64,000 nt of DNA from Escherichia coli (GCF_048403405.1 NZ_CP183129.1), one strand, 5' to 3'; shown: positions 28,546-40,836, counted from the first letter of the stretch. Made by a program: numbers and translations. Notes: generated by a model not told the origin, from the letters alone.

Positions 28546-29979
28546 TTACAGCATGTTCCAGCCGATCAGCATATTCCACCACCACACGCCGAGGGTGATA
28601 TGTACCAGGAAGGTTAATATCGTCAGTACCGCACCGACCAACCACCAGGATTTAATATCGTTGTAACCCACGCCAAAGATGACCGGACCTGCCGCGCCGC
28701 CATAGTGAGTAACCATGCCGCCATAGGAGTTGGAGAACAACAGTGCCAGCGCGGTTAACATTAACGGTGCGCCGGAGACGTTCGCCAGCATGGCAAATAC
28801 CGGTAACATAGCAACGATATAGGCACTACCGGAAGCGAAGAAATAACGAACGATGATGCTGAGGAAAATAATAACGAAGAAAGCAACGTTACCGTGACCA
28901 TCAAATGCCAGGTTATTTTTAAAGACTTCAGCTAACCATTCGAAGAATTTAACTTTCGATAATAAGGAGCTTAAGCCGATAATACCGCCGTACCAGATTA
29001 AGGTATTCCAGCCGCCTTTATTTTTAACCACGTCTTCCCAGGTAACGATACCCAGCAGCAGCATGGTCGCCATAACAACGATTGCCACGGTGGATTCATC
29101 AACCCCCAGGGACTTACTGAAAATCCAGCCCAGCAGCGCCAGCACAAAGACACCGAGCAGCATTTTTTCGCGGATTTTCATCGGTCCCAGTTCGGCAAGG
29201 CCCGCTTTGGCGATGGTTTTGTTATCCACCTTCTTAATTTCTGGCGGATACATGGTGTAAATCACCAGCGGGGTGACCAGCAGCATAATGATACCCGGCA
29301 ATCCGGCGGCCAGCGCCCATCCACCCCAGCTAATTTGCAGGTGCAGAATGTCGTTGATCATTTTCAGCGCCAGAATGTTCCCCGCCATTGCGGTAAAGAA
29401 CATATAGCTGGTGGTTTTGGTGACCATGTAAATGGACATCATCAGGTAATGTCCGACACGACGCGGACTTTTTTCCGGTTCGGACCCCAAAGCCACCGCC
29501 ACGCTGTTGATGATCGGTAACACAATGCCGCCCGCACGCGCGGTGTTAGACGGTGTTGCCGGAGCCAGTACCAGATCGAGAAATACCGTAACGTAACCCA
29601 GACCCAGGGTAGTGCTACCAATTTTACCAATCAGCAAATAGGCAATACGTTTACCTAAGCCGGTGGTCACAAATGCGGCGCTTAAGGTAAACGCCGAGAA
29701 CACCAGCCAGGTGGTACCTGAAGAGTAACCGCTTAATACGGCGGTGGTTTTAAACGCACCGTCGGATAAGTTACCGACCACCACCATGGAGGCAGCAACG
29801 GCAATTAACAGTACGACAGGTTCCGGGAAAGGCTTGATAACCAGCCCCACAATGGCCGCCAGGTAAATACCAAAAAGCACCCACGCCAGTTCGCTTAATC
29901 CTGCCGGAGCTGGCATAAAGCCAATAATACATGGGATCGCTAATATCAGAATTAGCTTCCATAACGATTTTTTATTCAT
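28546..29979 (-). CDS. ybhI: DASS-family anion transporter YbhI
   Basis: 477-aa polytopic membrane ORF. Confidence 0.9.
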   Translation of the reverse strand: MNKKSLWKLILILAIPCIIGFMPAPAGLSELAWVLFGIYLAAIVGLVIKPFPEPVVLLIAVAASMVVVGNLSDGAFKTTAVLSGYSSGTTWLVFSAFTLSAAFVTTGLGKRIAYLLIGKIGSTTLGLGYVTVFLDLVLAPATPSNTARAGGIVLPIINSVAVALGSEPEKSPRRVGHYLMMSIYMVTKTTSYMFFTAMAGNILALKMINDILHLQISWGGWALAAGLPGIIMLLVTPLVIYTMYPPEIKKVDNKTIAKAGLAELGPMKIREKMLLGVFVLALLGWIFSKSLGVDESTVAIVVMATMLLLGIVTWEDVVKNKGGWNTLIWYGGIIGLSSLLSKVKFFEWLAEVFKNNLAFDGHGNVAFFVIIFLSIIVRYFFASGSAYIVAMLPVFAMLANVSGAPLMLTALALLFSNSYGGMVTHYGGAAGPVIFGVGYNDIKSWWLVGAVLTILTFLVHITLGVWWWNMLIGWNML

Positions 29980-30054
29980 TTAAAATCCTGTTCTTTCTGT
30001 ATGACTCATACAGAAGTCCTTTATTGATTGTCCTTATCCTGACAACGAATTTTT

Positions 30055-31107
30055 TCAGGGAAGAAAAACTTCACCGGAAAATATTTTTCTGGTTGTCCGA
30101 ATAACAGATGCGCGTAACGTCGTGGCATCCTGACCTTCATTACTTAAATGAACGTCGAGCGCACCACTGGGGTGTTCAATATTGATATTGCCGTATCCTA
30201 CAGAAGGGACGATTTGTCGGGTGACGGTGCCTTCCAATGCACAACTACTGGAAATGGCAATAGCACCGGTTATCGCCAGCGCGCGATGGCAAGAATGCGG
30301 CATAAAATAACGCACATTAATTGCTCCGCCTTTCTGCGCTGGAGAAATAAGCACAGGTTTAGGGATAACCATATTACTGACATCGCCTAAGCCCATTGCT
30401 TTACCCGCTTGTAGACGGATAGATTCAATGCGAGCTAATAATGCTTTGTCGGCATCCAGTTCCATCGGTAATTCATAGCCTGTTTTTCCCAGATATTCAG
30501 CAGGAATAATGACAACTGGCATCGCCATATCGATACAGGTCACCGGGACATCGTCAAAATAATCAATCTGATTATCAGTCGGGAAGACTTTTCCGGTTTT
30601 GGTTCCGGCGGCATTCAGGAAAGTGAGCGCAACCGGTGCGGCAGTACCCGGTACGCCGTCAATTCTGGCGCTACCCTCGTACTCGACAACACCATTTGGC
30701 GTTTGCACATCAGCTTCGATGAACGTACCCGTATTGACGTTGCGGATACGTACGCGGGTAACTGGCGAAGTCGCTGCAATCAAACCATTTTCAATAGCGA
30801 ATGCCCCAACGCCAGACAGCATATTGCCGCAGTTAGGCGTGGTATCGACACGTTGCTCATGGACGATAACTTGAGCAAACAGATAATCGACATCAGCACG
30901 CGGATCGCTGGAACGGCTAATAATGGCGACTTTACTGGTCAGCGGATTACCGCCGCCAATACCGTCAATTTCCAGATCGTTACCGGAACCCATAATTGCC
31001 ATCAATATTTTATCGCGCTGCGTTTGATCTTCGGGTAGATGTTCCGCTAACAGGAACGCGCCCCTCGAGGTTCCACCTCGCATCATCACGCAGGGTATTT
31101 TTTTCAT
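30055..31107 (-). CDS. ybhH: PrpF-family isomerase-like protein YbhH
   Basis: 350-aa ORF. Confidence 0.88.
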   Translation of the reverse strand: MKKIPCVMMRGGTSRGAFLLAEHLPEDQTQRDKILMAIMGSGNDLEIDGIGGGNPLTSKVAIISRSSDPRADVDYLFAQVIVHEQRVDTTPNCGNMLSGVGAFAIENGLIAATSPVTRVRIRNVNTGTFIEADVQTPNGVVEYEGSARIDGVPGTAAPVALTFLNAAGTKTGKVFPTDNQIDYFDDVPVTCIDMAMPVVIIPAEYLGKTGYELPMELDADKALLARIESIRLQAGKAMGLGDVSNMVIPKPVLISPAQKGGAINVRYFMPHSCHRALAITGAIAISSSCALEGTVTRQIVPSVGYGNINIEHPSGALDVHLSNEGQDATTLRASVIRTTRKIFSGEVFLP

Positions 31108-31290
31108 AATAATGCCCTCAATTTAAAAACATAACTTATTGCGATATGGTTACATTAAGGGCAAAGCATCTCTAATGACTTTAGCTCAACGATTAATAAC
31201 ATTTTTTCATTAATTTAAGTTAGCTAAATGCAGTTAAAATTTTTAACGGCCAGTCACCCAAAATCGACGCTTCCATTTTCCGGAGTAATA

Positions 31291-32244
31291 ATGAAGCATG
31301 AATTATCAAGTATGAAGGCATTTGTCATACTGGCAGAGTCCAGTTCATTTAACAATGCCGCTAAATTACTCAATATTACGCAACCTGCATTAACGCGAAG
31401 AATAAAAAAGATGGAGGAAGATTTACATATCCAACTATTTGAGCGTACAACTCGCAAGGTTACGTTAACAAAAGCAGGAAAAAGATTGCTCCCGGAGGCG
31501 CGGGAATTAATAAAGAAATTCGATGAAACGCTTTTTAATATTCGTGATATGAATGCTTATCATCGTGGTATGGTGACATTAGCGTGTATTCCGACCGCAG
31601 TATTTTATTTTTTACCGCTGGCAATCGGTAAATTTAATGAGCTTTATCCCAATATTAAAGTGCGGATTCTGGAACAAGGTACGAATAATTGCATGGAATC
31701 GGTGCTGTGTAACGAATCAGACTTTGGCATAAACATGAACAACGTCACAAATTCATCCATTGATTTTACCCCACTGGTCAACGAGCCGTTCGTGCTGGCC
31801 TGTCGGCGTGACCATCCATTGGCCAAAAAGCAGCTTGTAGAATGGCAGGAGTTAGTGGGTTACAAAATGATTGGCGTACGCTCCTCCAGCGGCAACCGAC
31901 TGTTGATAGAACAACAGCTGGCCGACAAGCCCTGGAAGCTGGACTGGTTTTACGAAGTGCGTCATCTTTCGACGTCATTAGGACTGGTGGAGGCGGGACT
32001 GGGGATTTCGGCGCTTCCTGGTCTGGCAATGCCCCATGCACCCTATTCTTCGATTATTGGTATCCCGCTGGTGGAACCGGTTATACGTCGGACATTGGGG
32101 ATTATTCGCCGCAAAGATGCCGTGCTTTCTCCGGCAGCTGAACGCTTTTTTGCCTTGCTGATTAATTTGTGGACTGACGATAAAGACAATTTGTGGACCA
32201 ATATCGTCGAACGCCAGAGACATGCGTTACAGGAGATAGGTTAA
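31291..32244 (+). CDS. ybhD: LysR-family transcriptional regulator YbhD
   Basis: ORF 31228-32244; start at MKHELSSMKAF (31291) giving 317 aa; N-terminal HTH; divergent from ybhH. Confidence 0.88.
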   Translation: MKHELSSMKAFVILAESSSFNNAAKLLNITQPALTRRIKKMEEDLHIQLFERTTRKVTLTKAGKRLLPEARELIKKFDETLFNIRDMNAYHRGMVTLACIPTAVFYFLPLAIGKFNELYPNIKVRILEQGTNNCMESVLCNESDFGINMNNVTNSSIDFTPLVNEPFVLACRRDHPLAKKQLVEWQELVGYKMIGVRSSSGNRLLIEQQLADKPWKLDWFYEVRHLSTSLGLVEAGLGISALPGLAMPHAPYSSIIGIPLVEPVIRRTLGIIRRKDAVLSPAAERFFALLINLWTDDKDNLWTNIVERQRHALQEIG

Positions 32245-32284
32245 TACACCGGCGCAGAAGAGACTGCGCCGGGTAAATCAGCGG

Positions 32285-33316
<1,032 letters not shown>

Positions 33317-33434
33317 CTAAAATTAGTCGCTTTTGGCGGTGAATGCTGAATTAAAACGCAGAATTTTGTCCGATAGTGGTATCGGTGTACCATTCGCGCA
33401 GAAGAAAATTCTTAACCTTAATCTGGAATACGCC

Positions 33435-34253
33435 ATGACCACACGCGTGATTGCTCTCGACTTAGACGGCACCTTATTGACCCCGAAAAAGACCTTGCTT
33501 CCATCATCGATAGAAGCCCTGGCCCGCGCTCGCGAAGCAGGCTATCAATTAATCATCGTCACAGGTCGCCATCACGTCGCTATTCATCCTTTTTATCAGG
33601 CGCTGGCGCTGGATACACCTGCTATTTGCTGTAATGGCACCTATTTGTATGATTATCATGCAAAAACCGTGCTGGAAGCGGACCCAATGCCCGTTAATAA
33701 AGCCCTGCAACTCATTGAGATGCTGAATGAACACCACATTCACGGTCTGATGTATGTCGATGATGCAATGGTCTATGAGCACCCGACCGGGCATGTCATT
33801 CGCACGTCTAACTGGGCGCAAACCCTGCCGCCGGAACAGCGTCCGACTTTCACACAAGTCGCTTCTCTGGCTGAAACGGCGCAACAAGTTAACGCCGTAT
33901 GGAAGTTCGCCCTGACGCACGATGACCTGCCTCAATTGCAGCATTTTGGTAAGCATGTCGAACATGAACTGGGACTGGAGTGCGAATGGTCCTGGCACGA
34001 TCAGGTTGATATTGCACGCGGCGGCAACAGCAAAGGTAAACGTTTGACGAAATGGGTTGAGGCACAAGGTTGGTCGATGGAAAACGTCGTGGCATTCGGC
34101 GATAACTTTAATGATATCAGTATGCTGGAAGCCGTTGGTACAGGCGTGGCGATGGGCAACGCCGATGACGCGGTAAAAGCGCGCGCCAACATTGTGATTG
34201 GTGATAACACCACCGACAGCATTGCCCAGTTCATTTATAGCCACCTGATTTAA
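33435..34253 (+). CDS. ybhA: HAD-family pyridoxal phosphate phosphatase YbhA
   Basis: ORF 33333-34253; start at MTTRVIALDLDGTLL (33435), 272 aa; HAD motif DLDGT. Confidence 0.9.
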   Translation: MTTRVIALDLDGTLLTPKKTLLPSSIEALARAREAGYQLIIVTGRHHVAIHPFYQALALDTPAICCNGTYLYDYHAKTVLEADPMPVNKALQLIEMLNEHHIHGLMYVDDAMVYEHPTGHVIRTSNWAQTLPPEQRPTFTQVASLAETAQQVNAVWKFALTHDDLPQLQHFGKHVEHELGLECEWSWHDQVDIARGGNSKGKRLTKWVEAQGWSMENVVAFGDNFNDISMLEAVGTGVAMGNADDAVKARANIVIGDNTTDSIAQFIYSHLI

Positions 34254-35312
34254 TCAGGCGGTTATCGACACACTTTTAATTTGCGCGTACAGCCACAAGC
34301 CTGGTTTGATCGCCAGTTCATCCCTGGCCCACGGGCTGATACGCGCCCACAGCGTTTTACCGCCGACTTCCAGCTCCACTTCCACCTGGCCGTTGTCGTC
34401 ATAACTATTAACAACTTTTGCCCGCAATACGTTACGAATGCTGGTTTGCTGCGGCGGTTGTAAAACCAGCGAGACATCGGTAGCCTGAATGCGGATGCGT
34501 AGCGCAGCTTGCAGCGGTTCGTCCAGCTTATTGACCCACAAATGCTGATCGCCCAGCGCCAGCGCGGTCATCGCGTAATGCGGATGATGCTCAAGCACCG
34601 TCACTTTCAGAATGCTACTTTGTTGCTCTTTCGGCAGCCACGGATTCATCACGCTACTGCCCCACACTTCCTCCAGCACGCCAAAGGCTTTCACCTGACC
34701 GTTTTCCAGTACCATCACTCTGTCTGCCAGATGGAGGATCTCATCCAGCGAATGGCTGACATACAACATCGGAATGTTGATTTCCCGTGTCAGCCGTTGC
34801 AGATAAGGCAACAGTTCGCGTTTACGCGGAATATCCAGTGACGCCAGCGGTTCATCCAGCAACAGCAATTCCGGTGCTGTCAGCAAAGCCCGACCAATCG
34901 CCACGCGCTGTTTTTCGCCTCCGGACAGGCTGCCTGGTAAACGGTCAAGCAACGGTTCAATGCCTAAAAGCGCCACCAGCTTATCGAACTGATCGACCAT
35001 ACTTTTCGACATGCCGTAGCGCAGATTGCCACGCACTTTGTAATGCGGGAACAGCCGCGCATCCTGAAAAACATAGCCAACGCGACGCTTTTCTGGCGTC
35101 AGGCAGATACCTTTTTCGGCATCATTTAGTACCCGCCCATTGAGGACAATCCGCCCTTTTTGCGGGCGCGTCAGTCCACTGATGGCGTTAATCAGCGAAG
35201 TTTTTCCGGCACCGGAGACGCCAAAGATAGCAGTGATGCCATTGGCGGGCAGCGTTTCATTAATGGTCAGGCAATGGTTGCCCAACGTCTGGGAAAAATT
35301 CAGTTCCAGCAT
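34254..35312 (-). CDS. modC: Molybdate ABC transporter ATP-binding protein ModC
   Basis: 352 aa; Walker [18 protein letters not shown] signature. Confidence 0.95.
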   Translation of the reverse strand: MLELNFSQTLGNHCLTINETLPANGITAIFGVSGAGKTSLINAISGLTRPQKGRIVLNGRVLNDAEKGICLTPEKRRVGYVFQDARLFPHYKVRGNLRYGMSKSMVDQFDKLVALLGIEPLLDRLPGSLSGGEKQRVAIGRALLTAPELLLLDEPLASLDIPRKRELLPYLQRLTREINIPMLYVSHSLDEILHLADRVMVLENGQVKAFGVLEEVWGSSVMNPWLPKEQQSSILKVTVLEHHPHYAMTALALGDQHLWVNKLDEPLQAALRIRIQATDVSLVLQPPQQTSIRNVLRAKVVNSYDDNGQVEVELEVGGKTLWARISPWARDELAIKPGLWLYAQIKSVSITA

Positions 35313-35314
35313 GA

Positions 35315-36004
35315 TTAGCGCCCCGCCCGTTCACGGCTGATTCTGGCCAGCCATTCTGAAATCAACAGGGAGATCATCGCCAGTGCAATAGAAATAATGC
35401 ACAGTCTCGCCGCGCCACTTTCCCCGCCGGGGGTCTGGATCAGGGTATACATGGCAGAAGGAATGGTTCGCGTTTCACCAGGAATGTTCGACACAAAGGT
35501 GATGGTTGCACCAAACTCACCGAGAGAACGAGCAAAAGCCAGTACCGTACCAACAATAATGCCCGGTAAGGTCAGCGGTAACGTGATAGTAAAGAAAACG
35601 CGCCAGCGCCCGGCACCCAGTGTTCTTGCGGCCTGTTCCAGTTTGATATCAACACCTTCCAGCGCCAGACGAATTGCCCGCACCATCAGCGGAAACGACA
35701 TGACGGCGGCAGCGAGAACCGCGCCGCGCCAGCTAAAGGCGAAGGTAATGCCAAACCAGTCATACAGACGTTCACCGATAAATCCGCGCCGTCCCATCGA
35801 AACTAATAATAAGTAACCGACGACCACGGGCGGTAACACCAGCGGTAGATGCAGTACGCTGTCGAGCAGAGCTTTGCCCGGAAACGTGCAACGCACCAGT
35901 AACCAGGCAAAAAAGATCCCAAACGGCAGGCTAAACAGCACAGCCAGGGAAGAAACTTTCAGGCTTAGTAAAACCGCCTGCCATTCTGGATCGGTCAGTA
36001 TCAT
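35315..36004 (-). CDS. modB: Molybdate ABC transporter permease ModB
   Basis: 229-aa membrane ORF. Confidence 0.95.
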   Translation of the reverse strand: MILTDPEWQAVLLSLKVSSLAVLFSLPFGIFFAWLLVRCTFPGKALLDSVLHLPLVLPPVVVGYLLLVSMGRRGFIGERLYDWFGITFAFSWRGAVLAAAVMSFPLMVRAIRLALEGVDIKLEQAARTLGAGRWRVFFTITLPLTLPGIIVGTVLAFARSLGEFGATITFVSNIPGETRTIPSAMYTLIQTPGGESGAARLCIISIALAMISLLISEWLARISRERAGR

Positions 36005-36777
36005 TACTTGGTTGTAAATCCGTAACGTTTAAAGATTTCCGCAGCCTGCGGCCCCTTCAGATAATCATAAAATGCTTTCACTGTCGCATTGTTATGCCCT
36101 TCCACAACAGCAACCGGATATTCCACTTTTTTATGTGAATCTTCCGGGAAGGTGGCAACCACTTTTACCCCTTTGCTGGCAACTGCGTCAGAACCGTAAA
36201 CAATGCCCAACGGCGCTTCATTGCGTTCGACCAACGCCAGCGCGCCACGAACATCTTCCGCCGGAGCCAGTTTCGGGGAGAGCGTATCCCATGCGCCCAG
36301 TTTTTGCAGTGCTTCTTTTGCATAAATGCCAGCGGGAACATGTTCCGGATCGCCAACCGCCAGGCGACCGCCATTCAGCAGTGAAGTCCAATTGGTTTTG
36401 CTGTCGATGGTGAAATCTTTCTGCTCGCTGGCTTTCGGTGCTACAACGACCAGGCTATTGCCGAGCAGTGTCTGACGTGTAGCTGTATCGATCGCTTTTT
36501 TATCAACCGCATAATCCATCCATTTCTGATCGGCAGAAATAAACAGATCCGCAGGCGCACCCGCTTCAATCTGACGGGCCAAAGTAGATGACGAAGCGAA
36601 AGAAGAAACCACATCCACGCCTTTCTCTTTTTTATACTGCGTAGCAATGTCCTGCATTGCGTTAGTCAGTGATGCGGCGGCGAACACCGTGATTTTCCCT
36701 TCATCTGCCAGTGCATTGCCAGCAACAGCGAAAGAGAGTGCCGCCCCGGCAAACAAGTTCAACCATTTACGAGCCAT
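36004..36777 (-). CDS. modA: Molybdate-binding periplasmic protein ModA
   Basis: 257 aa with signal peptide. Confidence 0.95.
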   Translation of the reverse strand: MARKWLNLFAGAALSFAVAGNALADEGKITVFAAASLTNAMQDIATQYKKEKGVDVVSSFASSSTLARQIEAGAPADLFISADQKWMDYAVDKKAIDTATRQTLLGNSLVVVAPKASEQKDFTIDSKTNWTSLLNGGRLAVGDPEHVPAGIYAKEALQKLGAWDTLSPKLAPAEDVRGALALVERNEAPLGIVYGSDAVASKGVKVVATFPEDSHKKVEYPVAVVEGHNNATVKAFYDYLKGPQAAEIFKRYGFTTK

Positions 36778-36787
36778 TGGTAACCCC

Positions 36788-36822
36788 TTAATGTAACGTT
36801 ATGTAGGCGTCAATATAACGGC
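36788..36822 (-). promoter_or_regulatory. ModE operator of the modABC promoter
   Basis: Minus-strand CGTTATATTGACGCCTACATAACGTTACATTAAGG just upstream of the modA RBS. Confidence 0.65.
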
Positions 36823-36912
36823 TAACTCAGAATTTTCCCAGCAGTTATTGCTAACCTTTGTGAGGTAGATGAGAAAAAATATCGGCAGGAAAAGCAGGAA
36901 GTTGAGCAAAAG

Positions 36913-36935
36913 AAATGCCCGGCTAAGCGGGCATT
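36913..36935 (-). terminator. Rho-independent terminator after acrZ
   Basis: AATGCCCG-GCTA-AGCGGGCATT stem followed on the minus strand by a T-rich tract. Confidence 0.55.
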
Positions 36936-36942
36936 CAGGGAA

Positions 36943-37110
<168 letters not shown>

Positions 37111-37220
37111 TCATGAGACTATTCTAACCGCTAAGCACAGAAAAGCACTCCCCTTTTGTGCGGTCAGCTTTGCGTGGCGTTCGTTTTCCGTCACAATAAG
37201 ACTTTTGCCAGGACATTGTT

Positions 37221-38009
37221 ATGCAGGCCGAAATCCTTCTCACCCTTAAGCTCCAACAAAAATTATTCGCCGACCCGCGCCGCATTTCGCTACTAAAACA
37301 CATTGCGCTTTCCGGTTCCATTAGCCAGGGAGCGAAAGATGCCGGTATCAGCTATAAAAGCGCCTGGGATGCCATTAACGAGATGAATCAGTTAAGTGAG
37401 CATATTCTGGTCGAGCGCGCAACAGGCGGTAAAGGTGGCGGCGGCGCAGTACTGACCCGCTATGGTCAGCGACTGATTCAGCTCTATGACTTACTGGCGC
37501 AAATCCAGCAAAAAGCCTTTGATGTGTTAAGTGACGATGACGCCCTGCCGCTGAACAGCCTGCTGGCCGCGATCTCACGTTTTTCACTGCAAACCAGCGC
37601 CCGTAACCAGTGGTTCGGTACCATCACCGCCCGCGATCATGATGACGTTCAACAGCATGTTGATGTCTTACTGGCTGACGGAAAAACACGCCTGAAAGTC
37701 GCAATTACCGCACAAAGCGGCGCGCGTCTGGGGCTGGATGAAGGCAAAGAAGTGTTGATATTACTAAAAGCGCCGTGGGTAGGCATTACTCAGGACGAAG
37801 CGGTCGCACAAAACGCCGACAACCAATTACCGGGTATTATTAGTCATATTGAGCGCGGCGCAGAGCAGTGCGAAGTATTAATGGCGCTACCCGACGGGCA
37901 AACACTGTGCGCCACAGTGCCGGTAAATGAAGCGACTTCTCTTCAGCAAGGACAGAATGTCACGGCCTACTTTAATGCCGACAGCGTGATTATCGCCACG
38001 CTATGCTAA
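37221..38009 (+). CDS. modE: Molybdate-responsive transcriptional regulator ModE
   Basis: 262-aa ORF with N-terminal HTH and C-terminal Mop domains. Confidence 0.95.
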   Translation: MQAEILLTLKLQQKLFADPRRISLLKHIALSGSISQGAKDAGISYKSAWDAINEMNQLSEHILVERATGGKGGGGAVLTRYGQRLIQLYDLLAQIQQKAFDVLSDDDALPLNSLLAAISRFSLQTSARNQWFGTITARDHDDVQQHVDVLLADGKTRLKVAITAQSGARLGLDEGKEVLILLKAPWVGITQDEAVAQNADNQLPGIISHIERGAEQCEVLMALPDGQTLCATVPVNEATSLQQGQNVTAYFNADSVIIATLC

Positions 38010-38076
38010 GCGTGTTGACAATTTGTTATGAAACACGTATCCCTGTCAGTAATCGCTGCACAAAATGGGATATAAA

Positions 38077-39549
38077 ATGTCATCGTTGCAAATTTTGCAA
38101 GGCACGTTTCGTCTTAGCGACACAAAAACGCTGCAATTGCCTCAGCTAACGTTAAACGCGGGTGATAGTTGGGCGTTTGTCGGTTCGAATGGAAGCGGGA
38201 AATCGGCCCTGGCCCGCGCGCTGGCGGGGGAACTTCCGCTTTTGAAAGGTGAACGGCAAAGCCAGTTTTCCCACATCACTCGTCTCTCCTTCGAGCAATT
38301 GCAAAAGCTCGTCAGCGACGAATGGCAGCGGAATAACACCGATATGCTCGGCCCTGGCGAAGATGACACCGGGCGTACCACGGCTGAAATCATTCAGGAT
38401 GAAGTAAAGGATGCACCGCGTTGTATGCAACTGGCGCAGCAGTTCGGTATTACCGCCCTCCTCGACCGACGCTTTAAATACCTTTCCACTGGCGAGACGC
38501 GAAAAACCCTGCTGTGTCAGGCGCTGATGTCGGAGCCTGACTTGTTGATTCTTGATGAGCCGTTCGATGGCCTGGATGTTGCCTCACGTCAGCAGCTGGC
38601 TGAGCTACTCGCCTCGTTACATCAGTCCGGTATTACTCTGGTACTGGTGCTCAATCGCTTCGATGAGATCCCGGAATTTGTCCAGTTTGCTGGCGTGCTG
38701 GCGGATTGTACGTTAGCGGAAACGGGCGCTAAAGAGGAACTGCTCCAGCAAGCACTCGTCGCGCAACTGGCGCATAGCGAACAGCTTGAAGGTGTACAAC
38801 TGCCGGAGCCGGATGAACCTTCAGCACGTCACGCCTTACCCGCCAACGAACCGCGCATTGTGCTGAACAATGGCGTGGTTTCTTATAACGATCGTCCCAT
38901 TCTTAATAACCTTAGCTGGCAGGTGAATCCAGGCGAGCACTGGCAAATTGTCGGGCCAAATGGCGCGGGAAAATCAACATTATTAAGCCTGATTACTGGC
39001 GATCATCCGCAAGGTTACAGCAACGATTTAACGCTTTTCGGACGACGTCGCGGCAGCGGCGAAACCATCTGGGATATCAAAAAGCATATCGGTTACGTCA
39101 GCAGTAGTTTGCATCTGGATTACCGGGTCAGCACTACCGTGCGTAATGTGATCCTTTCTGGCTATTTTGATTCGATTGGCATTTATCAGGCCGTTTCGGA
39201 TCGCCAGCAAAAACTGGTGCAGCAGTGGCTGGATATTCTCGGCATTGATAAACGCACGGCTGACGCTCCTTTCCATAGTCTTTCCTGGGGACAGCAGCGT
39301 CTGGCGCTGATTGTCCGCGCACTGGTGAAACATCCGACGTTGCTTATTCTCGATGAACCACTACAGGGGCTTGATCCACTCAATCGCCAGCTTATCCGCC
39401 GTTTTGTTGATGTGCTGATTAGCGAAGGTGAAACGCAATTGTTGTTTGTTTCGCACCACGCTGAAGATGCGCCTGCCTGTATTACCCATCGTCTTGAGTT
39501 CGTGCCGGACGGTGACTTTTATCGCTATGCGCTGACAAAAATAAACTGA
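38077..39549 (+). CDS. modF: ABC-type ATPase ModF (two ABC domains)
   Basis: ORF 38065-39549; start at MSSLQILQG (38077), 490 aa; Walker A GSNGSGKS and GPNGAGKST. Confidence 0.92.
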   Translation: MSSLQILQGTFRLSDTKTLQLPQLTLNAGDSWAFVGSNGSGKSALARALAGELPLLKGERQSQFSHITRLSFEQLQKLVSDEWQRNNTDMLGPGEDDTGRTTAEIIQDEVKDAPRCMQLAQQFGITALLDRRFKYLSTGETRKTLLCQALMSEPDLLILDEPFDGLDVASRQQLAELLASLHQSGITLVLVLNRFDEIPEFVQFAGVLADCTLAETGAKEELLQQALVAQLAHSEQLEGVQLPEPDEPSARHALPANEPRIVLNNGVVSYNDRPILNNLSWQVNPGEHWQIVGPNGAGKSTLLSLITGDHPQGYSNDLTLFGRRRGSGETIWDIKKHIGYVSSSLHLDYRVSTTVRNVILSGYFDSIGIYQAVSDRQQKLVQQWLDILGIDKRTADAPFHSLSWGQQRLALIVRALVKHPTLLILDEPLQGLDPLNRQLIRRFVDVLISEGETQLLFVSHHAEDAPACITHRLEFVPDGDFYRYALTKIN

Positions 39550-39567
39550 GTCGGTAATGCTGACTGT

Positions 39568-39640
39568 ACCGGAGGCGGCCTAAGCGCCCTCTCCGGCCTA
39601 CTGTTCGACGCATCCAGGCATGAAACCGCGTCTTTTTTTC
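39568..39640 (+). repeat. REP-like palindromic unit plus T-run (terminator region after modF)
   Basis: ACCGGAGGCGGCCTAAGCGCCCTCTCCGGCCTAC palindrome followed by a weak hairpin and TTTTTTT. Confidence 0.45.
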
Positions 39641-39716
39641 AGATAAAAAGCGCAATCATTCATAAAGCCGCTGTTTTATAATCACTTAATCGCGCATAAA
39701 AAACGGCTAAATTCCT

Positions 39717-39732
39717 GTGTAAACGATTCCAC
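39717..39732 (+). promoter_or_regulatory. gal external operator OE (GalR/GalS site)
   Basis: GTGTAAACGATTCCAC upstream of the gal promoters. Confidence 0.7.
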
Positions 39733-39810
39733 TAATTTATTCCATGTCACACTTTTCGCATCTTTGTTATGCTATGGTTATTTCATACCATAAGCCTAAT
39801 GGAGCGAATT

Positions 39811-40827
39811 ATGAGAGTTCTGGTTACCGGTGGTAGCGGTTACATTGGAAGTCATACCTGTGTGCAATTACTGCAAAACGGTCATGATGTCATCATTCTT
39901 GATAACCTCTGTAACAGTAAGCGCAGCGTACTGCCCGTTATCGAGCGTTTAGGCGGCAAACATCCAACGTTTGTTGAAGGCGATATCCGTAACGAAGCGT
40001 TGATGACCGAGATCCTGCACGATCACGCTATCGACACTGTGATCCACTTCGCCGGGCTGAAAGCCGTTGGCGAATCGGTACAAAAACCGCTGGAATATTA
40101 CGACAACAATGTTAACGGCACTCTGCGCCTGATTAGCGCCATGCGCGCCGCGAACGTCAAAAACTTTATTTTTAGCTCCTCCGCCACCGTTTATGGCGAT
40201 CAGCCCAAAATTCCATACGTTGAAAGCTTCCCGACCGGCACACCGCAAAGCCCTTACGGCAAAAGCAAGCTGATGGTGGAACAGATCCTCACCGATCTGC
40301 AAAAAGCCCAGCCGGACTGGAGCATTGCCCTGCTGCGCTACTTCAACCCGGTTGGCGCGCATCCGTCGGGCGATATGGGCGAAGATCCGCAAGGCATTCC
40401 GAATAACCTGATGCCATACATCGCCCAGGTTGCTGTAGGCCGTCGCGACTCGCTGGCGATTTTTGGTAACGATTATCCGACCGAAGACGGTACTGGCGTA
40501 CGCGATTACATCCACGTAATGGATCTGGCCGACGGTCACGTCGTGGCGATGGAAAAACTGGCGAACAAGCCAGGCGTACACATCTACAACCTCGGCGCTG
40601 GCGTAGGCAGCAGCGTGCTGGACGTGGTTAATGCCTTCAGCAAAGCTTGCGGCAAACCGGTTAATTATCATTTTGCACCGCGTCGCGAGGGCGACCTTCC
40701 GGCCTACTGGGCGGACGCCAGCAAAGCCGACCGTGAACTGAACTGGCGCGTGACGCGCACACTCGATGAAATGGCGCAGGACACCTGGCACTGGCAGTCA
40801 CGCCATCCACAGGGATATCCCGATTAA
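39811..40827 (+). CDS. galE: UDP-glucose 4-epimerase
   Basis: ORF 39769-40827; start at MRVLVTGGSGYIGSH (39811), 338 aa; Rossmann GxxGxxG. Confidence 0.97.
   Translation: MRVLVTGGSGYIGSHTCVQLLQNGHDVIILDNLCNSKRSVLPVIERLGGKHPTFVEGDIRNEALMTEILHDHAIDTVIHFAGLKAVGESVQKPLEYYDNNVNGTLRLISAMRAANVKNFIFSSSATVYGDQPKIPYVESFPTGTPQSPYGKSKLMVEQILTDLQKAQPDWSIALLRYFNPVGAHPSGDMGEDPQGIPNNLMPYIAQVAVGRRDSLAIFGNDYPTEDGTGVRDYIHVMDLADGHVVAMEKLANKPGVHIYNLGAGVGSSVLDVVNAFSKACGKPVNYHFAPRREGDLPAYWADASKADRELNWRVTRTLDEMAQDTWHWQSRHPQGYPD
39830..39845 (+). promoter_or_regulatory. gal internal operator OI (inside galE)
   Basis: GTGGTAGCGGTTACAT within the first codons of galE. Confidence 0.65.
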
Positions 40828-40836
40828 GGAACGACC

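Noticed and set aside
33549-34244. 231-aa minus-strand ORF
   Set aside because: Antisense inside ybhA.
39949-40791. 280-aa minus-strand ORF
   Set aside because: Antisense within galE; no independent signal.
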